Assembly: GCA_965216305.1 (NCBI GenBank)
Contig: OZ244144.1
Span: 4,172,941-4,236,940 of the forward strand
Reading direction: 5' to 3'
Source of the DNA: Gammaproteobacteria bacterium
GTDB taxonomy: Bacteria; Pseudomonadota; Gammaproteobacteria; Ga0077536
DNA: 64,000 nt
Position numbers and translations under genes: made by a program. Position 1 is the first letter of the stretch, and every line of letters begins with the position of its first letter. This document shows, piece after piece, positions 55,244 to 64,000 of this stretch. Below the pieces are notes generated by a model. The model was not told where the DNA came from and ran no database searches. It saw only the letters and a list, made by a program, of their open reading frames with translations.

Positions 55244-55996
55244 TTGCGCGACCGGGAGGAAACTGTTTCGATAGGCGGCTACCCAAACGGCTGTCCCAGT
55301 GTGAGCAACGGCGAGACAATAATCGGCGCGAATATAACGCGGCGCGCGCGGCGGCAACGCTACCTCGGCGACACGCTGTTCATCGTGCAATTGCTGTGTG
55401 CGATTGGCTTCGGCGTCTTTCAGGGTGTGCGCATGCTGGAAACAACGCAGGGCGTGAGTCTCACCTGGCTCGTGTTCTGGGGGATATTCCTCCTCATTAA
55501 CCTGTCCCTGTCGATTCGCGCGCACGAAACGCAGCCCAGCCGGATTACGCGCCAGACCGTAATCGTCTATGCCGCCTGGGCGACGATGATGGCGGGCGAC
55601 ACGGCGATCTACCTGTGGCGTGACGCCGTGATCTGGACCACCGTGGACACCTGGACCACGCTGATCGCGCTGGCCGGCATTGCGCTCACCGTGCTGATCG
55701 GCCGCCGCCATGGGCTCGGCATCGCCGATCCGCTCGTGCGCGGCTACCTCGCGGTATTCTTCAAGGGCGTGCCGCAACTGACCCTGGCGGTGAATATCGC
55801 CTTCGTCGGTGGCGCCGGCGTGTCGATGTTCGCCATCCTCACCGGGCATTTCACTATCGGTACCCGGCTCGGTCAGATTTTCATGTCGCTGCGTGAAGCC
55901 GGCTTCGATCGCAACCGCAAAGGTTCGCTGATTAGCGAAATAGCGAACGAACTCAGCTGGATCGTGGTCACAGTAGTGTGGGTCATCGTGCGCTGA
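55244..55996 (+). CDS. Hypothetical polytopic membrane protein
   Basis: Six hydrophobic segments; no family recognised. Start uncertain. Confidence 0.4.
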   Translation: MRDREETVSIGGYPNGCPSVSNGETIIGANITRRARRQRYLGDTLFIVQLLCAIGFGVFQGVRMLETTQGVSLTWLVFWGIFLLINLSLSIRAHETQPSRITRQTVIVYAAWATMMAGDTAIYLWRDAVIWTTVDTWTTLIALAGIALTVLIGRRHGLGIADPLVRGYLAVFFKGVPQLTLAVNIAFVGGAGVSMFAILTGHFTIGTRLGQIFMSLREAGFDRNRKGSLISEIANELSWIVVTVVWVIVR

Positions 55997-56094
55997 GCCG
56001 CGCCGGCACCGATTCAGGAGGGGTTCAGCCGCGAGGGCGCAGGATCGAGCCATCGTCCGCAAACCCGAATCCGCGGGTGTCGAGGAGCCGTAGC

Positions 56095-57540
56095 ATGTCG
56101 AAAACCCGAGCAAATCAGCGCGCGCAGTCGGCACCGGCAGCCTGGCTGCTGCTGCTTGCGCTGGTTGCGACGGCGGCCGCCGAGTTCGCCGCTGCCGCGA
56201 CGACGTACCCCGACACGGCTACCACAACCAGCGCTGAAATCCCGCTGCTCGACGCTAATGCGCTCGAAGCGCTCGCGGCGCCGATCGCGCTGTATCCTGA
56301 CGAATTGCTCGCAATCGTGTTGCCGGCGGCGACGTTTCCGCTGCAGATCGTGCAGGCCGCCCGCTTTCTCGAAGCGCGACAAGGCGATCCCGGGCTCGAG
56401 CCGGATGAGAACTGGGACGACAGCGTCGTGGCGCTGCTGAACTATCCTGAAGTACTTGCAGTGCTCGACTCCGACCTCGCCTGGACCGCGCGCCTCGGCG
56501 ATGCCGTCATCGCCCAGGAAGCGCCCCTGATGAGCGCCATCAGCCGCTTTCGTGAACGCGCCTACGCGGCAGGTAATTTGCGCAGCGACGAGCGCCAGCA
56601 CGTCAGTCGTAACGCGGACGCCATCGCCATCAATACCGCGAGTACCGACAGCGTTTATGTACCCTACTACAACCCGAGCGCGGTGATCGTGCCGCAAACA
56701 ACTCGGGTGTATCACTACTACAGCAATCCGTATCCGCTGTATTACTACCCCTACACGGCACGGCATCCTTACCTGTCGCGACCGTTCTGGGGCTTGACCA
56801 CGGCCTACGTACTCGGCTGGGCAACCCACGGGATCCGGATTTACCGGCACGACCATCACGCCCATCCCTACTTCCGCCACCGCTACTTTGCGCCGCGTTA
56901 TCGCGACCGCCGCTCGGGGTGGTCCCGCCATGCCCCGCGCGCCCACCACAATAATCGACGCCACGATGGCGGCGACAAGTGGCGTAACGGACGGCGCGAC
57001 ACGCGCCACGCCGGGCGCGGGCGCCATGCCAGCGATCGCATCCGCAATTCGCGCGAGGCGCGCCGGATCGGCGCGGGCAATAGCTTCCGGGCGAATAACG
57101 GACTGCTCGGCAACGGCGCACTCGCGCAACCGCGCGAGCGTAAGCAGACGAGGGAACTGACCCGCGCGGACCGCGGGGTGGCGGCACGCGGTGCGGGTCC
57201 GGATTCACGCCGCAACATCAAGGCGCTAAAACCGCGCGCCGCGCCGCGCCAGCAAAACATCACGAAACGCGTCGCGCCGCTGCAACAACGCGCGCAGGCG
57301 TACAGCAAGCAGCGCAGCAAAGCGCCGTCGCCCCAGGCCCGCCCAACGCGCAGGCAAGCATCGACGGCAAGCCGTACGCGCAGCCCGCAACGGGAAATCC
57401 GGCGCGCAGCCCCGGCACGCAGCAGCGCGGCGCGCGCGCAGAGGCGCACGAACCCGGGTGGATTCGGGCAAGCGTTTCGCGACAGTCGTGCCGGCGGCGC
57501 GTTTCTCGGTAACGGTTCCGGCAAGCGCCAGCGTCGTTAG
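56095..57540 (+). CDS. DUF3300 domain secreted protein with a long Arg/Ala-rich low-complexity C-terminus
   Basis: RBS GAGGAG then ATG 56095; signal peptide; 'APIALYPDELLAIVLPAATFPLQIVQAARFL...LLNYPEVLAVL' DUF3300 signature. Confidence 0.6.
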   Translation: MSKTRANQRAQSAPAAWLLLLALVATAAAEFAAAATTYPDTATTTSAEIPLLDANALEALAAPIALYPDELLAIVLPAATFPLQIVQAARFLEARQGDPGLEPDENWDDSVVALLNYPEVLAVLDSDLAWTARLGDAVIAQEAPLMSAISRFRERAYAAGNLRSDERQHVSRNADAIAINTASTDSVYVPYYNPSAVIVPQTTRVYHYYSNPYPLYYYPYTARHPYLSRPFWGLTTAYVLGWATHGIRIYRHDHHAHPYFRHRYFAPRYRDRRSGWSRHAPRAHHNNRRHDGGDKWRNGRRDTRHAGRGRHASDRIRNSREARRIGAGNSFRANNGLLGNGALAQPRERKQTRELTRADRGVAARGAGPDSRRNIKALKPRAAPRQQNITKRVAPLQQRAQAYSKQRSKAPSPQARPTRRQASTASRTRSPQREIRRAAPARSSAARAQRRTNPGGFGQAFRDSRAGGAFLGNGSGKRQRR

Positions 57541-57755
57541 TTTGCGGGCTCGCCGCGGGGTGTTTGATCAAACTGCCTCACAAGTGAGGCGCGCACCCGG
57601 TGACGATTGGCCTGCGGGCATCGTGCGGCCATAATAGCGGTCACAATGCATGAGTCGCGCGATCGTCCCCACACAGCGCATCGTCCCGCTGTCGCGCAAT
57701 TCCCATCCGCCCGGACGCAGTCGGAAAAGACTATGAACACAGCAGTGCGATCCGC

Positions 57756-59087
57756 ATGAATTCCTCGCGGCAAATGCACCTCGGGGCGTTTATGCGCCCT
57801 GTCAGTATCCACACCGCCGCATGGCGCTACCCGGGCGCCTATGCCGACGCGAACTTTAATTTCGCGCATTACCAGCAATTTATCGCAACGCTCGAGCGCG
57901 GCTGCTTCGACGCGTTCTTCATGGCCGATCACCTCGCGGTGATGAACATGCCCGAGGCCGCGTTGAAACGCAGCGCGACGGTCACCTCGTTCGATCCGAT
58001 GACCCTGTTGCCGGCACTCGCGGTGACGACGAAACACATCGGCCTGATCGCAACGGCCTCGACAACGTATAACGATCCGTACCATATCGCGCGCAAGTTC
58101 GCCTCGCTCGACCACATCAGCAACGGCCGCGCGGGCTGGAATGTCGTTACTTCGGCAAACCCCCAGGAAGCGAAGAATTTCGGTTTCGACGAGCATATGG
58201 AACATGGTGATCGCTATCAGCGCGCGCGGGAGTTCTACGATATCGTCACCGGACTGTGGGATAGCTGGGACGACGACGCCTTCATTCGCGACCAGGCCAG
58301 CGGCATCTATTTCGATCCCGCGAAACTCCACGTACTCGATCATCACGGCGAATATCTCAACGTGCGCGGCCCGCTGAACGTCGGGCGGCCACCGCAGGGT
58401 TGGCCGGTCATCGTCCAGGCCGGGGCCTCCGAGGCCGGCCGGTCGCTCGCCGCCGCCACCGCGGAACTCGTCTTCGGCGGCGCGAACAACCTCGACGACG
58501 CACGGGCGTACTACGCTGACATCAAAGCGCGCATGGCCGCGCTCGATCGGGGGCCGGAGTCGCTGAAAATTCTGCCGGGCGCATTCGTCGTCGTCGGCGA
58601 TTCACGCGAGCATGCCGTGGAGATGAAAGCGGAGCTCGACAGCCTCGTCCACCCCGACAGCGGTATCGCGACGCTTTCCGTGCTGCTCGGCACCGATGCC
58701 TCGGATTTCGATCTCGATGCCCCGCTGCCGCCGCTGGCGGCGAGCAATGCGAGCCAGAGCGGCCAACAGAAGCTGATCGCGATGGCCGCGCGCGACAATC
58801 TCACCGTCGGGCAACTCGCGCAGTACGTCGGCGGCAGCTTCAGCAGCCTCGAACTCGTCGGCACGGCGACGGACATCGCTGATCAGATGCAGAACTGGTT
58901 CGAAAGCGCCGGCTGCGACGGATTTAATGTCATGTTTCCGTTTCTGCCGGCCGGTCTCGACCGTTTCGTCGACCTCGTCATCCCCGAACTGCAGCGTCGC
59001 GGCCTGTTTCGCACCCGCTATAGCGGCGCTACCCTGCGGGAAAACCTCGGCCTCGCGCGCCCTGCGAACCGCTTCACCGGCACCTGA
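57756..59087 (+). CDS. NtaA/SnaA/DszA family flavin-dependent monooxygenase (LLM class)
   Basis: 'MHLGAFMRPVSIHTAAWRYPGAY...FDAFFMADHLAV' is characteristic of nitrilotriacetate monooxygenase component A-type enzymes. Confidence 0.85.
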   Translation: MNSSRQMHLGAFMRPVSIHTAAWRYPGAYADANFNFAHYQQFIATLERGCFDAFFMADHLAVMNMPEAALKRSATVTSFDPMTLLPALAVTTKHIGLIATASTTYNDPYHIARKFASLDHISNGRAGWNVVTSANPQEAKNFGFDEHMEHGDRYQRAREFYDIVTGLWDSWDDDAFIRDQASGIYFDPAKLHVLDHHGEYLNVRGPLNVGRPPQGWPVIVQAGASEAGRSLAAATAELVFGGANNLDDARAYYADIKARMAALDRGPESLKILPGAFVVVGDSREHAVEMKAELDSLVHPDSGIATLSVLLGTDASDFDLDAPLPPLAASNASQSGQQKLIAMAARDNLTVGQLAQYVGGSFSSLELVGTATDIADQMQNWFESAGCDGFNVMFPFLPAGLDRFVDLVIPELQRRGLFRTRYSGATLRENLGLARPANRFTGT

Positions 59088-59211
59088 ACCGCCGATGCCC
59101 GCGGCGACCGGGCCGTTCGGGACCGGGATCACAAAATAACCCGCCCGGACTCAAGATCTGGCCTCGCCGATACGCTATCCCCAGGGAGATCAACGCTGAG
59201 AGCACCCAAGC

Positions 59212-60009
59212 ATGGCGACCCCCGGGGCGGACGCCCATTCCACTGAAATTCCGGATCAGCAACCGGCTGCTGAACCCGTCTGGGTGTTCGAATCCCAGCG
59301 CGACACGGACCTTAAGCGTGGCGCCCCGGCGCTCGCGCGCGCCTGTCGCGGCGCCGTTGAGGGCGAACACGACGGCATGACCGGCGCGAACTACGCCTTG
59401 CTCACCCGCGATGCGGACGCAAGTCTGCTGCCGTGGTCCGAGCTCACCGACACCGTCGCGCGGCTGTTCGAGACGATGCGCGCACAACCGAATCGCAAGT
59501 TCTGCATGGTGCCGAGCGCGCGCGGCAAGAGCGAGGACGAACATGCCCGCTATGCCGAGTTGTTCCATAACGCACCGGCAAACTGCCAGCTGATGGGTCG
59601 CACGCTCGAACACCTCGGTCGACTGCGTAGTGTGCGGGTGATTCTGCTCGATGCGAACATCACGATTATCGAAGACGAACGCGCGCGCATTCTCGATCAG
59701 TATTTTGCCGCGAACGAAGGGTTGTGGAACGCGGAGTTCATCGAAATCGTCAGTATCGGCGCAGCACAGTCGCTCGTTGCGAACGCGAAATACGCCACGG
59801 AACGCCGTTACCGCCACCGGATCATCAGCGTCGACACGGCCCGCTATGGTGAACACGCCGCGCAGGTTCGTGAGCTGCTGTCGGTTGGCTATGCGACAAA
59901 ACTCGTCTGTCTGAACGACCCGACCGGCACCAGCACGGGGACGCTCGTCGGCGCGTTGAATCTCGCATCGACGAGCGGACTGCAAATCGACGACATGCTC
60001 ATCCAGTAA
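59212..60009 (+). CDS. Hypothetical protein (no recognisable domain), immediately upstream of the FHA-cyclase gene
   Basis: 265-aa ORF with typical codon bias; no motif assigned. Confidence 0.45.
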   Translation: MATPGADAHSTEIPDQQPAAEPVWVFESQRDTDLKRGAPALARACRGAVEGEHDGMTGANYALLTRDADASLLPWSELTDTVARLFETMRAQPNRKFCMVPSARGKSEDEHARYAELFHNAPANCQLMGRTLEHLGRLRSVRVILLDANITIIEDERARILDQYFAANEGLWNAEFIEIVSIGAAQSLVANAKYATERRYRHRIISVDTARYGEHAAQVRELLSVGYATKLVCLNDPTGTSTGTLVGALNLASTSGLQIDDMLIQ

Positions 60010-60187
60010 GCAAATCCGCGGCGCGACCCGACGTGCCGACGGTCAAACCGGGCTCTGCGCCGTGAGGCCTCGAGCGACAAACCTCCTTCGAGTCCATGAG
60101 GCGTACCGCGAGTTGCGATGACAGCTACTGCTCAACCGGCGGGATCCGGTATCATCGGTGATCTTCGGGAGGGAGTGTCGTTCGAGC

Positions 60188-61162
60188 ATGCGCTGGAACC
60201 TACGGGTCAGGGATCACAATACCGGTTCTGTTTCTGATGAGACGGTCGAAACGCCGACCGTGCATGTCGGCCGCGATCCGAACAGCGATATTCTGTTGCG
60301 CCACGACCGCGTATCGCGCCGCCATCTTGAACTGCGCGCGAACGACGACGGCACGGTCACGGTACAGGACTGGAGCAGTAACGGGTCGTTCTATCGCCGC
60401 GATGACGATTGGGTCAGAATCGCGGGCGCGCAGGATCTCTCGCCACCGTTCGTGCTGCGCATTGCGCACTGGACGCTAAAAATCAACCCGCCGCAACCGA
60501 TCGAAGAACAGGAAGAGGAACAACCCTGGGATCAATCGGTCATGATTCCGGCCGCCAGCCTTGGTCACCGCATCGAGGCAATTCTTGTGCTCGATTTATG
60601 CGGCTCGTCGATGATCGCGAGCGAAAACGACCACATGGCGTACCATCTGAAACAGCGCCTCACGCAAATCGCCGAACCTATTCTCAACGAGTTCGGTTGT
60701 CGTTTTTTCAAAAGCACGGGCGACGGCTTCCTCGCCACATTCGAGAACGCGGAGCAAGCGCAGAAAGCCGCACTCAAACTCGAGGATCACGTGCAATATC
60801 GCAACAAGCGCACGACGAACTTGCCGATTCACTATCGCATCGCGCTGCATTACGGCGAGGTATGGGCGATCTCGGCCGGCGGCGACGACGTCCACGGCAA
60901 CGATGTCAACATCACATTCAGGATCGAAGGGGTGCAGCCGTCCGCATTCGGGGAAATGAGCGAATTGTTCCCGAAAGAAAACCGCATTTTATGCTCCGCC
61001 GATTTTCAGCGTCGCGTCGGCGCGAATCCCGAACCCGGCACGAGCTACGTGCGTTGCGGCACCGCCGACTTGAAAGGCATCAATGAGCCGGTGGAAATTT
61101 ACTGGCTGAAAACCGCCTATTCGCTCGAAGATCTGAACACGACGCTCGCGCACGGCCACTAG
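60188..61162 (+). CDS. FHA domain protein fused to a class III nucleotidyl cyclase (adenylate/guanylate cyclase catalytic domain)
   Basis: ATG 60188 after GGGAGGGAG. FHA: 'VHVGRDPNSDILLRHDRVSRRHLEL...SSNGSF'. Cyclase: metal-binding Asp pair 'VLDLCGSS' and 'KSTGDGFLATF'; 'YGEV'; Asn/Arg in 'GNDVNITFRIEG'. Confidence 0.7.
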   Translation: MRWNLRVRDHNTGSVSDETVETPTVHVGRDPNSDILLRHDRVSRRHLELRANDDGTVTVQDWSSNGSFYRRDDDWVRIAGAQDLSPPFVLRIAHWTLKINPPQPIEEQEEEQPWDQSVMIPAASLGHRIEAILVLDLCGSSMIASENDHMAYHLKQRLTQIAEPILNEFGCRFFKSTGDGFLATFENAEQAQKAALKLEDHVQYRNKRTTNLPIHYRIALHYGEVWAISAGGDDVHGNDVNITFRIEGVQPSAFGEMSELFPKENRILCSADFQRRVGANPEPGTSYVRCGTADLKGINEPVEIYWLKTAYSLEDLNTTLAHGH

Positions 61163-61188
61163 CAAGCGGAGGATAGGGCGCGAGCGAT

Positions 61189-62124
61189 TTAACCCTCCGC
61201 CCGGATCCACCCCTGCAGGATGGCACGCACGGTGCTGACGAACGCGAGCGGTTGATCAAGCATCAGGTGATGCCGCGCCTGCGGGATTTCGATCACCGGT
61301 GACGCCGGCCCCATCAGTTCCGACATGTAGGATGCGCGCTCAGCATCGACTAGCGCGCTCAGTTCGCCGTGGATCAACGCGGAGCGACAGCGCATATTCT
61401 GTATGTGTTCGTGGAATGGTTCCTCCCAGCGTTTCGCCCCCATCGCCTGCGGATCGAACTTCCACACCCAGCCCTGTTCGTTGCGTTTCAGTGAGTGGCG
61501 GGCGATGAATTCGACGATGAACGCGTGTTCACACGTTTGCGCCGGTAACAGCCGGAATCGCGCGACCGCCTCCTCGAACGTCGGGTAGGTTCGCGTATGA
61601 TTGAAGACCCGCTTGTCGCGCCCCGGCGGTGGGTCGCCGGGACGCCTGACCGGCGTGTCGGCGATGATGGCGCCGCCGATGTCGGCGCCGTAGTCGACCC
61701 CGAATCGCAGGGTCATATACCCGCCAAACGAGTGCCCGACCACGAATGGGCGCTCGCCAAGGCCGGCGTCACGGATGACCGCATGCATTTCGCGCGCGCG
61801 CAGCGCCGCGGAATACTCCGGCCGCGTACCGCTATCCCCCATGCCGCTGAGATCGAGCGCCACAACGCGGAATTGCGCGGCGAAGAACGGTGCGATAAAG
61901 CGCCACCAGTTGGCATGCGCACCACCGCCGTGTACGAACACGATCCCGCGCTGCGGAGCAAGGTCCGCCGGTGATTGCCAGTCGAGATAGTGGATCTTGC
62001 AGCCATCAACATCCACGAAGCGCGAACGGCACGGATGCGCGAGCGCTTGCGTGAACCAGTCGGGAGATGAGGCTTCAAGGTCGCAATGCGCATCCGGAAG
62101 TGGTGCGGAATTCAGCTTGTTCAT
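61189..62124 (-). CDS. Alpha/beta hydrolase
   Basis: Start 'MNKLNSAPLPD' at 62124; 'IVFVHGGGAHANWW', nucleophile 'GHSFGG'. Confidence 0.75.
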   Translation of the reverse strand: MNKLNSAPLPDAHCDLEASSPDWFTQALAHPCRSRFVDVDGCKIHYLDWQSPADLAPQRGIVFVHGGGAHANWWRFIAPFFAAQFRVVALDLSGMGDSGTRPEYSAALRAREMHAVIRDAGLGERPFVVGHSFGGYMTLRFGVDYGADIGGAIIADTPVRRPGDPPPGRDKRVFNHTRTYPTFEEAVARFRLLPAQTCEHAFIVEFIARHSLKRNEQGWVWKFDPQAMGAKRWEEPFHEHIQNMRCRSALIHGELSALVDAERASYMSELMGPASPVIEIPQARHHLMLDQPLAFVSTVRAILQGWIRAEG

Positions 62125-62134
62125 CGCGTGTATA

Positions 62135-63559
62135 TTAGCTTGCGGTTGTTCGCTGATGGAATTGCGGCGGTGCCCCGCCGGGCTCGGCGCCGGGTATGCG
62201 CGGTTGCAACCAGCATGCACGCAGCGAACATGTCATGCCGAAGATGATGTACAGCAGCGTGAGATCATGGCGGCTGTTGAGCACGCTGACAGCGATAAAG
62301 GCACACAGGCTCGCGAAAACACCGCGCGCCGCACCGCGTAGCCACTCTTTCGCGCGCGTACTGGCCGTCACCTGGTAGGAATAACCCAGTGCCAGAAGCA
62401 ACATCCAGCAAAACAGCAGCAAACCGGGTGCGCCGGTCTCGGCCAGCACCTCGACGAAACTGTTATGCGCGTCGAGCCGCGAGCTGTATTTGATGCGATC
62501 GGTATATAACGGCGCCGCACTACAATACTGACCCGGTCCTACTCCGAACACGGGATATTCGCGGAACATCGCAACGCCCGCATGCCACAATGCGATCCGT
62601 CCGGCCCCGGGTGACACGTTGTCGCGCAGGCCGCTGATGCGTTCCCACACGGCCGTCTGCGGTAAGCCGATCACGACCAGCGCGATCACCACCATACTCA
62701 GAACCGTAGCGCGGATCCGGCTTCGCGAAATGAGTACAAACACCAGCGTAGCAATAATGACGGCGCCCACGGCCGCACGGGTTTGGATGTGCACGATAAG
62801 GCCGATCGTCGCAACCGCCGCGAGGATACTCACGACGCGCGCCGCGGGTTTGTCGAACATCAAACCCACCCCGAGCAGCAGCGGGCAGGTGATGGCAAGG
62901 TAGCTCGCGATATAGCTTTCGTTATAGATCGCGTCCGGCGATGTCAGCCAGCGAAACGCAAGCACGGTGGCAATGACGGTGATTGCGATGGCGAGCGTTT
63001 CGCGGCTTCGCACACTTATCAGCGCCAGCCAGAACACGGCGAGGCAATGCAGGAAATTCACCGGCTCGCGGTTCCAGCGCGCAGGCGCGTCCCGCCCCGC
63101 AAGCTGTGCGACGAGATAACACACGCCCACCCACGCAAGAAACGCCAGCACGGCCAGCGCGAGCGGGTCGCGCGGGATACGCAGCGAAAGATTACGCCGC
63201 ACCTGCCACAACACGCCGCCGCTGACGGCCAGCAACGCAATCCAGTGCAGGCCGCCTTCGAGATACAGCATACGGTAGGTTGGTTCCGTACCCTGGACCG
63301 AATACGCAAACACGATGTAGCCCGCCAGCGCGCCCAACGGATGCAGCACCGCGAAGCCGAGCAACGTGAACCCCAGCCCCCACGCCGCGATAACGAGCGC
63401 GGGAATCCCTTCAGGCGTCGTCCAGTTCAGGCCCGTCCAGCGCGGCATTAGCGGGTGTCCGCACGCCGCGGCGAGAGCGAACGTCGCGACGATCAGCACC
63501 GCGCCGAGATAAACGGCCTCGCGCCTGTAGCGTTGCAATGAACCTCGGATCAACGACAT
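62135..63559 (-). CDS. O-antigen ligase / polymerase family (Wzy_C domain) membrane protein
   Basis: About 11 TM helices and a periplasmic-loop motif 'HNSFVEVLAETGAPGLLLF' characteristic of the WaaL/Wzy_C family. Confidence 0.7.
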   Translation of the reverse strand: MSLIRGSLQRYRREAVYLGAVLIVATFALAAACGHPLMPRWTGLNWTTPEGIPALVIAAWGLGFTLLGFAVLHPLGALAGYIVFAYSVQGTEPTYRMLYLEGGLHWIALLAVSGGVLWQVRRNLSLRIPRDPLALAVLAFLAWVGVCYLVAQLAGRDAPARWNREPVNFLHCLAVFWLALISVRSRETLAIAITVIATVLAFRWLTSPDAIYNESYIASYLAITCPLLLGVGLMFDKPAARVVSILAAVATIGLIVHIQTRAAVGAVIIATLVFVLISRSRIRATVLSMVVIALVVIGLPQTAVWERISGLRDNVSPGAGRIALWHAGVAMFREYPVFGVGPGQYCSAAPLYTDRIKYSSRLDAHNSFVEVLAETGAPGLLLFCWMLLLALGYSYQVTASTRAKEWLRGAARGVFASLCAFIAVSVLNSRHDLTLLYIIFGMTCSLRACWLQPRIPGAEPGGAPPQFHQRTTAS

Positions 63560-63707
63560 CGGGCACGTGCGGGTTCCCGGCGGATGCGAATCAATGCGGC
63601 GCACGGCCGCATGCGTTTCGCCGCTAGTCGGGTAGCCGTGACGCAGATCCGTTCAGTTGCATCGCGCGGGGCCATGCCGCGACGCAGTCGCGCTCGCGCC
63701 GTTGGCA

Positions 63708-64000
63708 CTAGCGGATTTCGCAGCCTTCCAGGGTTCCGCTACTGCGCCATTCATCGAGAATTTCAAAAAAGCGCAGCGGCCCGGCGCCGTAGGCGAACGA
63801 AAAAAAGCCGTGCGGATTTCCGCTCTTGCCTTCATTGTTGTAGTAGCCGGGTGTGCACTCGGCACGGAATTCTTCGCCCATTTTCGCCTTGCTTCGCATC
63901 TCCTGCACCCAGGCTTCCTCACCCTCGCGGGTGGCTTCCACCGTGCTGGCGCCGCGGTCGCGGACCGCATCCAGGATGTAGGTGACGTGTCGCGCCTGCT
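63708..64000 (-). CDS. C-terminal fragment of a flavin-containing (Baeyer-Villiger-type) monooxygenase; gene continues past the window end
   Basis: 'CTPGYYNNEGKSGNPHGFFSFAYGAGPLRFFEILDEWRSSG' resembles BVMO C-termini. Confidence 0.35.
   Translation of the reverse strand, partial: QARHVTYILDAVRDRGASTVEATREGEEAWVQEMRSKAKMGEEFRAECTPGYYNNEGKSGNPHGFFSFAYGAGPLRFFEILDEWRSSGTLEGCEIR

Noticed and set aside
56014-57129. 371-aa minus-strand ORF, and 56630-57208 / 56898-57524 ORFs
   Set aside because: Antisense or alternative frames over the Arg/Ala-rich low-complexity tail of the DUF3300 gene.
57541-57600. Possible terminator hairpin GCCTCAC-AAG-TGAGGC after the DUF3300 gene
   Set aside because: A perfect 7-bp stem is present, but it is not followed by a U-tract (gcgcacccgg). 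At most it is a weak or Rho-dependent stop signal.
1-64000. Mobile elements / genomic island
   Set aside because: No transposase, integrase, phage, plasmid or toxin-antitoxin genes were recognised, and there is no abrupt GC shift apart from short intergenic spacers. The tRNA-Arg array is the only candidate integration hotspot, and it carries no cargo.

Overview
High-GC (about 65%) proteobacterial-type chromosomal window, densely coding, with no transposase, integrase or CRISPR. About 60 genes are supported, mostly metabolic and envelope functions. The most unusual feature is a roughly 1 kb tandem array on the minus strand (17604-18640): one canonical tRNA-Arg(ACG) is flanked by at least five paralogous tRNA-Arg-derived units that carry a roughly 75-nt multi-hairpin insertion inside the T-loop. 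The insert hairpins show compensatory stem changes between copies, and several units have their own intrinsic terminator. This looks like either a novel tRNA-like structured small-RNA family or a decayed array of tRNA-targeting integration remnants. Other recognisable genes are: an AraC regulator; an acyl-CoA synthetase; a Crp/Fnr regulator followed by a cytochrome P460-like haem protein with a palindromic operator candidate; an FMN reductase-like flavoprotein; two SDRs; a 2153-aa RTX/FG-GAP type I secretion substrate preceded by a 10-G homopolymer (possible phase switch); a CoxMSL-type molybdo-flavo-FeS dehydrogenase plus an overlapping MoaD/ThiS-like GG protein; PxpA; luciferase-like (LLM-family) monooxygenases; an exopolysaccharide (EPS)-type accessory locus (polysaccharide deacetylase, FAD monooxygenase, FemAB-like, methyltransferase, flippase-like, GT-C, GT2); a Zn alcohol dehydrogenase; a glucosyl/mannosyl-glycerate compatible-solute cluster (HAD phosphatase, synthase, GH13 phosphorylase) next to a DAHP synthase; two GSTs, a methyltransferase and two tandem PaaK-like adenylate-forming enzymes (one degenerate) preceded by chained small ORFs; a single-domain response regulator; a DUF502 protein; a GltD-like/ferredoxin oxidoreductase with KorAB-type 2-oxoacid:ferredoxin oxidoreductase; two TPM-domain proteins; an alpha/beta hydrolase; a cupin; an MscS channel; a NIPSNAP protein; a DUF3300 protein; an NtaA/DszA-type monooxygenase; a hypothetical protein followed by an FHA-class III nucleotide cyclase; a second alpha/beta hydrolase; an O-antigen-ligase-like protein; and the C-terminus of a flavin monooxygenase.
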